From assembly GCA_040219255.1 (NCBI GenBank), contig JAVJSW010000031.1:20896-84895 (forward strand): 64,000 nt of DNA, given 5' to 3'. Below the pieces are notes generated by a model that ran no database searches, was not told the origin of the DNA, and was given only the letters and a program-made list of their open reading frames with translations. The position numbers and the translations under genes are program-made. Positions 46,001 through 54,707 of the stretch are shown piece after piece (positions within the stretch are counted from its first letter, which is position 1; each line of letters opens with the position of its first letter). Source of the stretch: Sumerlaeia bacterium. GTDB taxonomy: Bacteria; Sumerlaeota; Sumerlaeia; SLMS01; JAHLLQ01.

Positions 46001-46897
46001 ATAGTAGGTGCCGGGGGAGAGGAGGACATCCACCGCATCGGTGCCGAAGTCCCCGGGCGTCGCGTCCGGAATGGAAGTCGACCCCGTCCAGAGACTTGTC
46101 CAGGGACCGGTCGGGCTTGCGCCGCTCAAGACATAGAAATCCAGAGTCGTGAGCGTTCCCGAGCCAGTCATGGGGACGGAGAAGGAGTCGAGGTTCTTAG
46201 GCGAATCGACCGTAAACACCGTTCCGCGGGAAATGTTGGCGCTCGTTGCCGTTTCGTCGGACGGCACGGTCTCGCAAGGGGAGGCTGTCGGCGGAGCGAA
46301 GCACAGCTCAGTGCTATAGGTCGTCGTGCTTTGGAAAACCGATCCAGCCGTTGGGTCGGGGCCAACGCCTTGCATGCCGGCGAGCAGCGTTCCATCGACG
46401 GTGGGGAAAGCCGCTGGCGCCTGACCCGTGGTATAGAAGTAACGCACCAGGTCGGAGCCGCCCCAGGCGACGCCAGCCGCATAGGTCACGCCCGGTGTCA
46501 GCGCCAGATCGACTGCGCCGGACGGGACGAAGTCGCGGGCGGCGAGATTGACCGTTTCCGTCTTCTGCCACGCGGAAGTCCAACTTCCGCCGCCCGATTG
46601 CTCGAGCACGAAGAATGTCAAATCGGCGGTGTTGTCGTCGAGGAAGACAAGTTCGACCGAGAAGGAGTCGAGGGTTTGAGCGGAATTGACAGAAAACACC
46701 GCCCCCCGTGCCAAGTTGGTATCGGACGCCTTGGTGGCGCCCGGAGCCAGTTCGCAGGTCTGGGCCGCTGCGCGGCCCGCACCCAGAACGGTCAATCCGC
46801 CCACAAGAAGAGCGAGAACGATGCCCCCCAGAATCCGTGAGAGATAGTGCCCGGCCCCGTTGAGGCCAGACAGGGGAGTAGACAGGCGGCTAGACAT
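40067..46897 (-). CDS. Giant secreted modular protein (~2276 aa): 8 Cys-bracketed repeats, 3 BACON-like domains, 2 PT linkers, C-terminal FG-GAP/VCBS propeller
   Basis: Signal peptide ending RAAA|Q; modules C-[ED]...RG.xF...Y-x-x-x-x-C; W-[LMV]-x-[VL] BACON-like segments; [21 protein letters not shown] and [10 protein letters not shown] repeats. Confidence 0.85.
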   Translation of the reverse strand: MSSRLSTPLSGLNGAGHYLSRILGGIVLALLVGGLTVLGAGRAAAQTCELAPGATKASDTNLARGAVFSVNSAQTLDSFSVELVFLDDNTADLTFFVLEQSGGGSWTSAWQKTETVNLAARDFVPSGAVDLALTPGVTYAAGVAWGGSDLVRYFYTTGQAPAAFPTVDGTLLAGMQGVGPDPTAGSVFQSTTTYSTELCFAPPTASPCETVPSDETATSANISRGTVFTVDSPKNLDSFSVPMTGSGTLTTLDFYVLSGASPTGPWTSLWTGSTSIPDATPGDFGTDAVDVLLSPGTYYVAGFKWASNQTSYHFKRSVAPLLFSQISGTIEGGFQGTFPDPISGSSFLSANTYGMDICFSEATVCETAPSDEFASNGNLARGTVFSVDAEQVLNSFSMDLDLGDFNPTLNFYLLSAASSTGPWSIVWQNSSSASGNGYTDYTAAGIDETLSPGTYYAVCIGWGATDIGYSFGRSTAPLPFSTVPGTIHGGFQGGGPDPTAASMFLSQNTYGTQLCMTGTGVVPPLLETTTDFISVIAQEGVNPADASFEVANGRSGSMNWTATPSAAWLSVAPTSGESSGEADTVTVILDTDELLPGFHVGQIEVAAPGATDSPKTIVVEVEVRSSLLELCDSVPGVIKATAQNIARGAAFTPVSDQTLSSFAMDVVVLDGQADMTFFLLEQQAGGVWSELWSNTRTVYGTSRQLAGSGPLSEMLSAGTTYAIGVAWGPGETIRYFYEQGTPLPLSLASTSLDVEGGYLTSSANYLDPSAIVGSNLYGLEICVLEDADAQPPIIGASPAALSPVAISGNDAAPQTILITNTGGGVLHWEATEASPWMSVSLPNGLSHGSLASGLSETLTVTYDSDGLAAGDYSGQVTITGVMADTFSAVFDDPAQSSTWWYQYDTDPLGTLESVFDAELNRTVAKMFGNITSGQSASWILGDTSLNNLNPNAAPWNASGKIFGWDFKNLSHYYFRARTTGTSTATFIYQYFGGTVDGAYGDYIRVRLGAAPAGHDTQWTRFERYIERDLQAITGENLLAIDGINVRPFEAPGSELYIANLQIADAVAIPGPPVQIPVNLSIVAFTTTCETVPGVTKANDENLTRGAVFTVSSNQVLENFAMDLVPLFDTTADVTFHLMSAPSANGPWTSLYSNPVTIDAGRALYDSGSVGQSVVPGTYYATAVSWPVGEQVRYFYSSSMAPVLFTTIPGSIVGGFQSGSSDPLLGSGTTTTYAMELCFQEGAAPTPTPTPTPTPTPTPTPTPTPTPTPTPTPTPTPTPTPTPTPGPEVCEVSPSELKTNDAGLTRGIVFLADAPTTLTSFSPELVLLEGNTELTYTLVQVEDGALDPVLWTTSRVETAGGRLFYNSGPISQPLVPGQKYALLVSWPGDQQVRYFYKSGTAFPVDFTTAPGSFTGGVATFTSGSDLVETTTSYSFEACFDSSAWSNPPVIGLNSTMLNVEGITTSTGIVAKTFTITNTGAGLPLNFTATPADAWVMLSPASGKLRIGESQQIAVTFDASGLTSGTHTSSVSVTDATASNSPQAVAISAQLTGVNQTEICEDTPVDTGLGFDRRPPGEYRGITFRLNQDYAISRIQSRVSADSPSDALPWTAYLELWQFVPGSGWQVLNTYSRQYVGDLGPTVVSDPINLILKSGVLYAASFRASGTTAGVYREFDAAPVAFTTADGTIEGGFLGPGSNAPTSIYGVDVCLHALESGSPTPTPTPTPTPTPTPTPTPTPTPTPTPTPTPAPSATCELIAASTKATVDTNTARGATFNVTQPTTLTSFGFDCVPLDGSADVTLFVLVQVAGGGWTEVWSQNRTISDVTRQLADTGPLSIDLSVNKTYAVGMYWESTQNVRYFYDTAANPPSPLATIPVYLLGGYVSTGSDYTIGSATSVIYGVELCVDPAIQAPEFDYPDAYNLNLGNYDAYDVASGDFDKDGDVDLAVAEFSKVWILLNAGDGTFGTPVDYFAKYGSADYIETADLDNDTNLDLIVSTDGDLSVLLGNGDGSFNSSIFVGSYDSGHFTDQPEFEVGHLNGDNILDIVVFSARHDELYVKSGNGDGTFSDSLLLDNSLLGYDFEYLELGDLNGDSRTDIVLASAVSSQGKLSVFLADASGGFNSPTTIDLPAPPRSIALADVNADSNPDLVYFSFLDSSFFCLLGDGTGGFSIGSEMFLDSSYFALDIAIEDLNGDTFPDLAFAGVGSTLTVLNGNGDGTFGTQAFYSDGPMEGSGPRSSALTIANLNGTGEADIAVVGVSIQSTFQPRRDLLVYQNLN
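41657..41749 (-). repeat. Pro-Thr linker 2 (6-bp degenerate repeat)
   Basis: (PT)n of about 15 units encoded by mixed synonymous codons. Confidence 0.95.
43047..43168 (-). repeat. Pro-Thr linker 1 (6-bp degenerate repeat)
   Basis: (PT)n of about 20 units encoded by mixed synonymous codons. Confidence 0.95.
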
Positions 46898-46955
46898 GGT
46901 TCCCGAGTCCTGAGAAGAAGAAATGACAAGGCGAATTGACGCAATGAGCAAAGCA

Positions 46956-46984
46956 ACTCTAACGCTGAGCGAGCCGCCGGTCAA
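46956..46984 (-). promoter_or_regulatory. Sigma70-type promoter of the giant-protein gene
   Basis: Minus strand TTGACC-N17-TAGAGT, about 60 bp upstream of ATG 46897. Confidence 0.55.
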
Positions 46985-47064
46985 TCAAACATTCTGCCGT
47001 TGCGCCTTCTTTCTTCAGGTCCGCACAAAGTCCGCTGGAACCGCCACGTTCTCAGCGGTCTGAA

Positions 47065-48204
47065 TTACGACTCCAAGGCATCCGCCAAATCGCGAATCAG
47101 ATCGTCCCGATCTTCCAATCCGATGGAAAGACGGAACAGTTCCGGCCGGATTCCGGCGGCCACCCGGGCGGGCTCCGGCATGGACAGATGGGTCATGGAC
47201 CAGGGTTGGCAAATGAGGCTTTCGACACCGCCGAGGCTTTCCGCCAGGAGGAAGATTTTCAGCTTCGCCAGGAATGCGTCGGGATCCAGGCTGCCCGGTT
47301 TATACTCGAAACTCAACATCCCTCCGAAGCCGCTCATTTGGCGCTTGGCCAGTTCGTGATGCGGGTGCGAGGGCAGACCGGGATAATTGACGCGGTTGAC
47401 TTTAGGGTGGCTTTCGAGGAACTCCGCGACGGCCAGAGCATTGGCTTGGTGCCCCTCCATCCGGTAGGGGAGTGTCTTGACCCCTCGCAGCACCAGGAAG
47501 CTGTCGAAGGGGCCACTCGGCAGCCCCATGGAATTCACGATTTCGGCGATCCGTTCGCCCAGCGAACCATCCTTCGTTACGACCGCTCCCGCCACGACAT
47601 CGCTGTGCCCATTGATGTATTTCGTCATCGATTCGACCACGACGTCCACACCCAATTCCAAAGGCCGTTGAAAGTAGGGAGACATGAATGTGTTGTCGGC
47701 GATTGTCAGAATTTCGTTTTGCTTGGCGATTTCGACGACTGCGGAAATATCGGTTATATTCAGCAGCGGATTGCCCGGTGTCTCGATCCAGATCCCCTTG
47801 GTGTTCGGCTTGATGGCGGCGCGGATGGCGTCCGCATCTCCCATGTTCAGGTAGGAGAACTCGATCCCCATGGCCGTCATGATGGTCGAGAAGAGGCGAT
47901 AGGTGCCGCCGTAGATGTCCTTGCCTGTGATGATGTGGTCGCCGGGGCGGAAGAGGAAAATGGCCGCGGTCACCGCTCCCATGCCCGTGGCGGTGATGGA
48001 GGCGCGGGTTCCTCCCTCGAGGCGTGCCAGATTCTCGGCCAGCGCGTGGCGTGTCGGGTTGCCGCTGCGGGAATAGTCGAAGGGGGGCGGGCTGCCCAGC
48101 TTGCTGAACGCGTAGGTCGAAGACGAATAGATCGGCGTTGTGACAGAAGAGTAGGTCTTGTCGATGTAAACGCCGTGCTGGATCGCGTCGGTCTTGAAAG
48201 CCAT
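47065..48204 (-). CDS. metB: Cystathionine gamma-synthase/lyase family PLP enzyme
   Basis: YSRSGNPTR, IETPGNP, DNTF, SMTKYINGHSD and AESLGGVESL motifs; the exact MetB/MetC/CGL activity cannot be resolved by eye. Confidence 0.8.
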   Translation of the reverse strand: MAFKTDAIQHGVYIDKTYSSVTTPIYSSSTYAFSKLGSPPPFDYSRSGNPTRHALAENLARLEGGTRASITATGMGAVTAAIFLFRPGDHIITGKDIYGGTYRLFSTIMTAMGIEFSYLNMGDADAIRAAIKPNTKGIWIETPGNPLLNITDISAVVEIAKQNEILTIADNTFMSPYFQRPLELGVDVVVESMTKYINGHSDVVAGAVVTKDGSLGERIAEIVNSMGLPSGPFDSFLVLRGVKTLPYRMEGHQANALAVAEFLESHPKVNRVNYPGLPSHPHHELAKRQMSGFGGMLSFEYKPGSLDPDAFLAKLKIFLLAESLGGVESLICQPWSMTHLSMPEPARVAAGIRPELFRLSIGLEDRDDLIRDLADALES

Positions 48205-48350
48205 GGGTGAGAGGGTCCTCAACGAAAAGAGTCCAGAGCGCGGCGCCCAGGCGGGGGGCCGCTCTCGAGAAGCGGGCACCCTGACGCGAGGGGTGCGCGG
48301 CTGGCAACCGGACTCTTGTTGTGAACCTCGCTGTGGCGGGGGAGTCTCCG

Positions 48351-49886
48351 CTACGGCGTCATCAGGTCCCGCATCACACCATCGTCGAGGACGGGAGAGC
48401 TCTCGCGAATAAGAAGGACGCCTTCGTCATCCATCTCCGCCAGCGTCTCCGCGGCATAGCCGATATGGGAGAATCTGGGCGTGGCGAGGATGAACAAGCG
48501 CGAGGATTCGGTGCGGGAAACTTCAACGCTGAAGAGGTGTTTGAGCACCGGAAGGTCTTTCAGACCGGGAATGCCCCGGCGGGAATCGACAGCGACTTCG
48601 CGTTCGAGGGAGCCGAGAAGCAGCTTCTCGCCGTCGCGCAAGGTGAATTGATTGTCAAGCACCTGCTCTGTGACGATGGGGCGGTCGAGTTTGTCGAAGC
48701 CCACCACCGTGTTGATGGCGATGTCGATGTCGGCGGTGACGCTGTGGGCGGCGATGACGGGGTCGATGGAGAGGAAGATGCCTTCTTGGTCGGAAGCCAG
48801 ACGGACGCGCCGATTGGTGACGGGTGGGACGATGGCCACGGTGCGGGGACCGCCGGGGGTCTCGCCGTCGCGGGGGGAGACCTCGCGGCCCGCGTCGGCC
48901 ACCGGATTGCTTTCCGTCAGAACGTTGCCGCCGCCCTTCTCCGGCTCGTATCCATAGACGGGAACGCGCTTCAGATCGGAAATGACCGCCGGTTGAAGAT
49001 TCGAGGCGTTCAGCCGCGAGCGTTGCACCAGGCGGGCGTTGCCCTGCTGAACCGTGTAGTTGAGGAAATTCGCCAGGACGCTGGCTTCGAGGGTGAGCAG
49101 GCCATCAAGGCGGCCAAAGGCTTCGCCGCCTTCAAAGAGATTGCCGGTGGCGGTGAGCTGCCCGCCGACGGAGCGCTTCCAGGCGTCCCAGTCCAGACCC
49201 AGCTTCTCCGCGTTGTCTTCGCGAACTTCGATGATCTGGACGTCGAATTCGATTTGCGGCACCGGGACGTCGAAGAAAGCGACGTATTCCTCGACCGCCT
49301 CGGCCACGTAAGGTGTGTCGTCATAGTAGAGTGTATTCGTCAGGTCGTCGGCGAAAATATCACCGATGCCTGAGAGGCGCGTACTTTCCAGGACAACCGC
49401 CAAGTCCGAGGCGCGGCGGTATTTAACGCGAAACGCGCGGCGGCTCGAGCCTTGGCTGTTGACGAAGCCGTGTACGTCGAGGGTGCGGATCGCATCGGCG
49501 ATGGTGGGCATTTGCTCCGGAGTGGTCGTCACGACCAGGAATTGGCGGCTGCGGGAGCCGTCGGTGGGTTTGGTTGATGCGGTGCGGACGTTGCCCTTTT
49601 CCTGCTCGACGGCCTGGCGGATGTGCTGGCGCATTTCGTAGGCGCGTGTGTTGAAGACTTCGAAGACGTGAGTGACGTAATCGTTGGTTTCGAACTTATC
49701 GCTGGAGCGCAAAATGGCGAGGGCCTCGTCAACGCTTTGACCGGCCTCGAAGGGAATGGTCAGGACTTCGTCCTGGTTGTTGGTGGCGACGGGCGGTTGA
49801 TCCTGGGCCGCCGCGGCTGAGAAGAGGACCGGCAGCGTCAGCGCGCCAAGCATGAGGAACGGGTGAATGGAAAACGGAAATCTCAT
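48351..49886 (-). CDS. Secretin-like outer-membrane protein (type II/III secretion / PilQ family)
   Basis: Signal peptide, N3-like domains (ADDLTNTLYY), DVPVPQIEFDVQIIEV, LGLDW and GIPGLKDLPVLKHLF motifs. Confidence 0.85.
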   Translation of the reverse strand: MRFPFSIHPFLMLGALTLPVLFSAAAAQDQPPVATNNQDEVLTIPFEAGQSVDEALAILRSSDKFETNDYVTHVFEVFNTRAYEMRQHIRQAVEQEKGNVRTASTKPTDGSRSRQFLVVTTTPEQMPTIADAIRTLDVHGFVNSQGSSRRAFRVKYRRASDLAVVLESTRLSGIGDIFADDLTNTLYYDDTPYVAEAVEEYVAFFDVPVPQIEFDVQIIEVREDNAEKLGLDWDAWKRSVGGQLTATGNLFEGGEAFGRLDGLLTLEASVLANFLNYTVQQGNARLVQRSRLNASNLQPAVISDLKRVPVYGYEPEKGGGNVLTESNPVADAGREVSPRDGETPGGPRTVAIVPPVTNRRVRLASDQEGIFLSIDPVIAAHSVTADIDIAINTVVGFDKLDRPIVTEQVLDNQFTLRDGEKLLLGSLEREVAVDSRRGIPGLKDLPVLKHLFSVEVSRTESSRLFILATPRFSHIGYAAETLAEMDDEGVLLIRESSPVLDDGVMRDLMTP

Positions 49887-50133
49887 TGTGGTTGGGACTT
49901 TCAAGGGCCTGCGCCACGCCGAAGGGATGGCGCCGATGAGGGAGTTAAGTTGGCGCCTCTGAGGCAATAAGAAGCGCCGCCGAACAATGAGGGGGGACCT
50001 CATCAGGACGGCGGCGCGGGGGCCAAGGGCGAGTTTTGTCCTTAGTGAATTCCTAATAATCGCCCGGCGGTTCTAACTTGGGCGGTTGTGATTGTTAGTG
50101 AGCGGCCGATGGGACGCGGCTGGAAGCAAGAGC

Positions 50134-53100
50134 CTATTGCTCTGATTTGTCCGCCTCCATGCCGCGGACCACGAATTCCCAGCCAAAGTCCGCCTGCGAC
50201 ACCTTGACCAGGAGGACGTTCCGGCCGGTCTTCAGCGTCACCGGAACGTCCTCCCACGGGTGGTTGATGCCGCGCAAAACCGAGGCGCTGTGGATTTTTT
50301 CGCCGTTCAGCCAGACCTCGATGCCATCGTCGGACCGGAAGCCGAGCTGGGCTGGTCGGCCCTGCTCTAAGTCGAAGGTCGAGACGGCGTAGGCGATCCG
50401 ATCCTCTGAGTCGTGGATGGCGCGGAGGTCCACGATGCCGTTCTCGCCCGCTGTGGCCCGCGTCCAGTCCGCTCCCGGCGAGATGGTGGCGAGTTCCTCC
50501 ACGGTCATCTTCTCCGGCGCGTGCACGAATTCGGTGATTGAGGAGGCGCGGTCGAACGGATAGGCGGGGGAGACGACCCACTCGTTGAGCGTACCGTAGG
50601 ACGCGGCGAGGGTCTTCTGGAACGTGACGGTTTCGCCGCCGACGCGGGCAGTGACGCTTCGGACGTCGGCCACGGTTTGCATGAATTCGGGCGATTGCGA
50701 TTTCCACTCGGGCGCGTCGGCGGCGAGGACGCCCTGGAGATCGGTGACGGTGCTGCGCTGGGATTTGAGGACCTCGCCGGAGGGCAGCAGACGCCGCTCG
50801 TAGGCGACCTCAATCCCATCGGGGGCCACCATGGCGTCGTCGTTTCGCACAAGCCGTTCGAGGACTCCGACCTCGGGATAATGGGTTTCGTTTTCCACAA
50901 AGCCAAAGCCCGCTAGGGCGAGCAGGCCCTCCAGCGCCGGATCGTTCGCCGAGGCGGCCCGGCTAATCGCGGCGGAGAGATCGGCCGGACCGTCTTCGCC
51001 GACGATGCCGCGAAGGCGCCGGTCGAGCGCGCGGTTCGCGAAGTATGAGGGGTCCATGGTCTCCGCCTCGATGGCGAGGGTCACGCCTTCGGAAACCGGG
51101 CGGGCGGGGACTTCGATGGCCAGGAGGCCGGATTCTTCGGACCAGTCAAAGGCCACATCCCGCCCCTCGACCTTCACAGAGCGGGGGCGCTGCAGGCCGC
51201 CGATTTCGAAGCGATAGTCGCGGTCAGCGACTTGGCCTTCGAAGGAGCCTTGCGCGCCCCCGACTTCGACCGTCAGCACGCCGTCTTCCAGCCGCGAGGA
51301 CAGCTCCGTCGTGGCGTAACCGCCTTGCTCATAGGCCTGCGAATCGCCGTCGTCTTCGTAGAGGGTGAAACGATGGGTTTCGCCTTCCACGCCGGGCCAG
51401 AGCTTGACCACCAGCGTCTCCAGCCGCGCCGTCGTGGGGCGGGCGGAGTAGGGCTGTTCTGGGATCGGAACACCGGCGCGGACATAGAGCGGGAACTCGT
51501 TCATGTCCGCCGAGACGAGGCGCCACTCGGGGCCGGTGAAGCGTTCGCTGGTGAAGTAGTTCACCCATTCGCCTTCGGGGAACCAGACGAGTTGGCTGGC
51601 GACGCGGCCGGGGCCGAAGCCCGCGGAGGCGATGGGGGCGGTCAGGATGGCTTCGCCAAAGAGGTACTCCTGCGGCGCCATGTAGGCGTCGGCTTCCTCT
51701 GGCCATTGCAGGTACATCGGCCGGGTCAGCGGCAGCGAGTCGCGGTAGCACTGCCAAACGCTGCTGTAAACGTAGGGCATCATGCGCGACCTCAGGTGGA
51801 ACGAGTGGCGCATCGACTCAGTGGCCCAATCCGGCCACTTCCAGGGGCGCCGGTCGAGGTACGGGATGATGCCCGAGTGGAGCCGCATCGCGGCCGTGAC
51901 GGAGGCGAACTGGACCCAGCGGGTGTAGGGTTCCTCGTTGCGGTCGCCAAAGTGACCGCCGATGTCGTGGCTCCAGAAGAACGTGCCTTCGTTACCCGCC
52001 ACGGACGTGAAGGGGACTTCGAAGCCGAGCATGCGCCAGCCGGTGTCGGCATCGCCAGAGAAGTGGATCGGATGGCGATGATCGCCCCAACTGCCCCAGC
52101 GGCTGAACTGGAGGCCGCGCTTGCCCCCGCGCTTGGAGTTCTCGAAGTAGAGATAGTTGAGCCAGCTCAGGTTGAGCAGGCCGGGGATGCTGATCGTTTC
52201 CGGGTATTGCTGCCAATCGAGCCACCAGAAATCGACGCCTTCATCCTCGCGCGGGTGGTGCGTGTACTTGAAGAAGGTCTCCATGTACTCGCGGTTTCCG
52301 GCGTCGTAGGTGATCGTTTCCCCGCTGGCCGGGTCCTCTCCCATGGCGCGCATGAAATCCTCGTACATCGTTTCCTCAGGCCGGACGCCGTCTGCCGGGT
52401 GGACGTTCAGGGTTACCGTGAGGCCTTGCTCGTGGAACCAGTCGAGGAGCGCCACCGGGTCCGGCAGCAGTTCATAATTCCACGACCAGCCAGTCCAGGG
52501 GCCGGTGTGCCACTCCATATCCATGACCATGATATCGAGAGGGAAATCGTTCTCTTCGTACTCGCGGACGATTTCCTTGTAGTCTTCGGTGGTGTACTCC
52601 CACCAGCGCGAGTACCAGGAGCCCAGCACGGCCTTGCGGGGCATGGGGACTTTGCCGCCGATGGCGGTGAAGGCCTCGAACGCGGCCTTGTAATCCGAAC
52701 CGTAAGCGAAGAGATACCAATCGGTCCCGGCGTCTTCGGGGCGGACCTCGGCCCAGCCGTCCACCAGCAGATGATTCTCCGAGTCGTCGATCAGATACCA
52801 GCCGTCGCGCGAGAGAATGCCCTCCTCCAGATCGACCGGCCCCTTGACCTGATCGAGCGTGTGGATGGTGCCGCCGAGGTTTTCCGTCTGGCGGCTGGCC
52901 GGCGTCCAGGTGACGAGGCGGTCGCCGGCTTCGATTTCGACCGAGAGGTTCTGGTCGCTGAAGGGCTGTCCGTTCGGCGTGTAGGTCAGAGTCAGCCGAT
53001 CCGTCTTGATGACGACGGTGCCGTCGCTCTGGTGCTCGACAGTGGCGCTGTCCGCGCGGGCGCCGCGGTTGACGGCGAACAGGGAAGACGCGTCAATAAA

Positions 53101-53238
53101 GGCGCCATCGGCTTGGTATTCCATGCGGACGCATTCCGGCGTGATCACAGTAAAGCGCGCCGGACCCGTGACGACCGGGTTGGCGAAAGCGGCGGTTCCG
53201 GCGGCGGCCAGCGCGCCGAGGGTGAGAGAACGAAGCAT
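50134..53238 (-). CDS. Secreted GH31 alpha-glycosidase with DUF5110 and C-terminal PA14-like domain
   Basis: WYSRWW, DMEWH, WWLDWQQ (nucleophile), FSGD, SHDIGG (acid/base), LYEDDG and SDDGIEVWLNG motifs. Confidence 0.92.
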   Translation of the reverse strand: MLRSLTLGALAAAGTAAFANPVVTGPARFTVITPECVRMEYQADGAFIDASSLFAVNRGARADSATVEHQSDGTVVIKTDRLTLTYTPNGQPFSDQNLSVEIEAGDRLVTWTPASRQTENLGGTIHTLDQVKGPVDLEEGILSRDGWYLIDDSENHLLVDGWAEVRPEDAGTDWYLFAYGSDYKAAFEAFTAIGGKVPMPRKAVLGSWYSRWWEYTTEDYKEIVREYEENDFPLDIMVMDMEWHTGPWTGWSWNYELLPDPVALLDWFHEQGLTVTLNVHPADGVRPEETMYEDFMRAMGEDPASGETITYDAGNREYMETFFKYTHHPREDEGVDFWWLDWQQYPETISIPGLLNLSWLNYLYFENSKRGGKRGLQFSRWGSWGDHRHPIHFSGDADTGWRMLGFEVPFTSVAGNEGTFFWSHDIGGHFGDRNEEPYTRWVQFASVTAAMRLHSGIIPYLDRRPWKWPDWATESMRHSFHLRSRMMPYVYSSVWQCYRDSLPLTRPMYLQWPEEADAYMAPQEYLFGEAILTAPIASAGFGPGRVASQLVWFPEGEWVNYFTSERFTGPEWRLVSADMNEFPLYVRAGVPIPEQPYSARPTTARLETLVVKLWPGVEGETHRFTLYEDDGDSQAYEQGGYATTELSSRLEDGVLTVEVGGAQGSFEGQVADRDYRFEIGGLQRPRSVKVEGRDVAFDWSEESGLLAIEVPARPVSEGVTLAIEAETMDPSYFANRALDRRLRGIVGEDGPADLSAAISRAASANDPALEGLLALAGFGFVENETHYPEVGVLERLVRNDDAMVAPDGIEVAYERRLLPSGEVLKSQRSTVTDLQGVLAADAPEWKSQSPEFMQTVADVRSVTARVGGETVTFQKTLAASYGTLNEWVVSPAYPFDRASSITEFVHAPEKMTVEELATISPGADWTRATAGENGIVDLRAIHDSEDRIAYAVSTFDLEQGRPAQLGFRSDDGIEVWLNGEKIHSASVLRGINHPWEDVPVTLKTGRNVLLVKVSQADFGWEFVVRGMEADKSEQ

Positions 53239-53298
53239 ACGAGCGGGACTCCGGGAGAATTGAAACAGTCCAAAGGGTTAGTCGAGGCGTCATCGCCT

Positions 53299-53330
53299 TT
53301 CAATTACGGAATGCCGGAATAAAATTGCGC
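53299..53330 (-). promoter_or_regulatory. Putative XylR-type activator operator upstream of GH31
   Basis: Minus strand GCGCAATTTTATTCCGGCATTCCGTAATTGAA; 25/32 identical to the site at 54558. Confidence 0.75.
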
Positions 53331-53344
53331 TCCAGCGTCAGGTT

Positions 53345-54550
53345 ATGGCAAGAGTGCCTCAGCCTTGGAAAAGAACCGCCCCGTCCGTGATCAAACGCCG
53401 TATCGCCCTCGACATCGCCCACACCGGTTTTGTGGAGAACTACCGCATTGAGGCCGCCCTCGGCGTGATCGAGTACGCGCGCCAGCACACGCACTGGCAA
53501 CTGCTCTGCAACGAGCAGAACCTCTCCTTGACGAATAAGTTCACCCGCTACAGCGATCTGGAACGTCTGGATGTGGAGGGCATCATCTTTTCCTTCTGGG
53601 CCAAGGGCAAACACCGGCACATTCAGGAACTGGGAGTGCCGGCGGTCAGCATCTCGAACGACTATCCGGGTCAAGCTTCGCCCTATTCCTGCGTAGTTTC
53701 GGACGATGTGCAGATCGGGCGGATCGCGGCGGAGCATTTTTTGGAACGCGGGTTCCGGGATTTGGGGTTCTATGGCGATTTGTCGCTGCGGTGGGAGGCC
53801 AAGCGCTGGATCGGATTCCGGTCGGTGGTCGAGGCGGCGGGCCTAAAATGCCACGTCCGGGCGCGTGGGGTGGAGATTTCCTCGCGCCAGGAAGCGGTGG
53901 CGCTGCGGGAATGGCTGAAGAGCCTGCCGAAGCCGATTGCCATTCTGTGCGCCAACGACCCGCGGGCGCTGCACATCCTGGAGGCCTGTCAGCCGCTCGG
54001 GTTCGAGGTCCCGCGCCACATCGCCCTGATCGGCGTGGACAACAGTCCGCTGATTTGCGAGGCCCAGTTGCCCTCCATTTCCAGCATCGAACTCGACCCG
54101 CGCAAGGCCGGCTACGAGGCGGCGGCGCTGCTGGACCGAATGCTGGAGGAAGGGCGGCAACTGCGTGAGGAAATCACCATCCCTCCGCGTGGCGTGGTGA
54201 CCCGAATGTCCACCGATGTGCTGGCGGTGGACGACGAGCCGGTGACGCTGGCGCTGCTGTTCATCCGCGATCGCGCCCAGGAGCCGATTCAGATCAAGGA
54301 CGTGGTGCGCGCGTCGGGGGTTTCGCGCAGTACGCTGGAGCGGCGATTTCGCGAGCGCCTTTCCTCGACCATCAACGACATGCTGCGGCAGCGGCGGCTG
54401 GAGACGGCGAAGCAGTTGCTGCTCAAGTCGAAGATGTCGCTCGAAGACATCGCCCGGGCTTCGGGATTCCGTCGCTCCACGTATTTGTGCAATGTGTTTC
54501 AGGAGGAGTACGGCACCACGCCACGGGAGTGGCGCCAGCGCTATGAGTGA
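53345..54550 (+). CDS. XylR-type regulator (periplasmic-binding-protein-like sensor plus AraC HTH)
   Basis: DDVQIGRIAAEHFLERGF, LPKPIAILCAND, IGVDN, VVTRMSTD and SRSTLERRF motifs; AraC C-terminus. Confidence 0.92.
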   Translation: MARVPQPWKRTAPSVIKRRIALDIAHTGFVENYRIEAALGVIEYARQHTHWQLLCNEQNLSLTNKFTRYSDLERLDVEGIIFSFWAKGKHRHIQELGVPAVSISNDYPGQASPYSCVVSDDVQIGRIAAEHFLERGFRDLGFYGDLSLRWEAKRWIGFRSVVEAAGLKCHVRARGVEISSRQEAVALREWLKSLPKPIAILCANDPRALHILEACQPLGFEVPRHIALIGVDNSPLICEAQLPSISSIELDPRKAGYEAAALLDRMLEEGRQLREEITIPPRGVVTRMSTDVLAVDDEPVTLALLFIRDRAQEPIQIKDVVRASGVSRSTLERRFRERLSSTINDMLRQRRLETAKQLLLKSKMSLEDIARASGFRRSTYLCNVFQEEYGTTPREWRQRYE

Positions 54551-54557
54551 CGCGATC

Positions 54558-54589
54558 GCGTAATCTTTTTCCTCATTTCCGTAATTGAA
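54558..54589 (+). promoter_or_regulatory. Putative XylR-type activator operator overlapping the -35 of the sugar-porter promoter
   Basis: GCGTAATCTTTTTCCTCATTTCCGTAATTGAA; followed by TTGAAC-N17-CAACGT with a TG extension. Confidence 0.75.
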
Positions 54590-54707
54590 CCGCTTCGATC
54601 GGTGTGGCAACGTAGCGATTCAGCAGCTTTCCCTCAAAACAGCGAACGGCGAGTTTCCCGGTCCGGGGTTTGCCTCGCTCTTCCTCAATCCCACAGAAAG
54701 GTCTTCC

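Noticed and set aside
40067-46897. Diversity-generating retroelement or phase-variable target
   Set aside because: No reverse transcriptase and no adenine-specific TR/VR pair seen; PT repeats are codon-scrambled multiples of 6, so slippage would not shift the frame.
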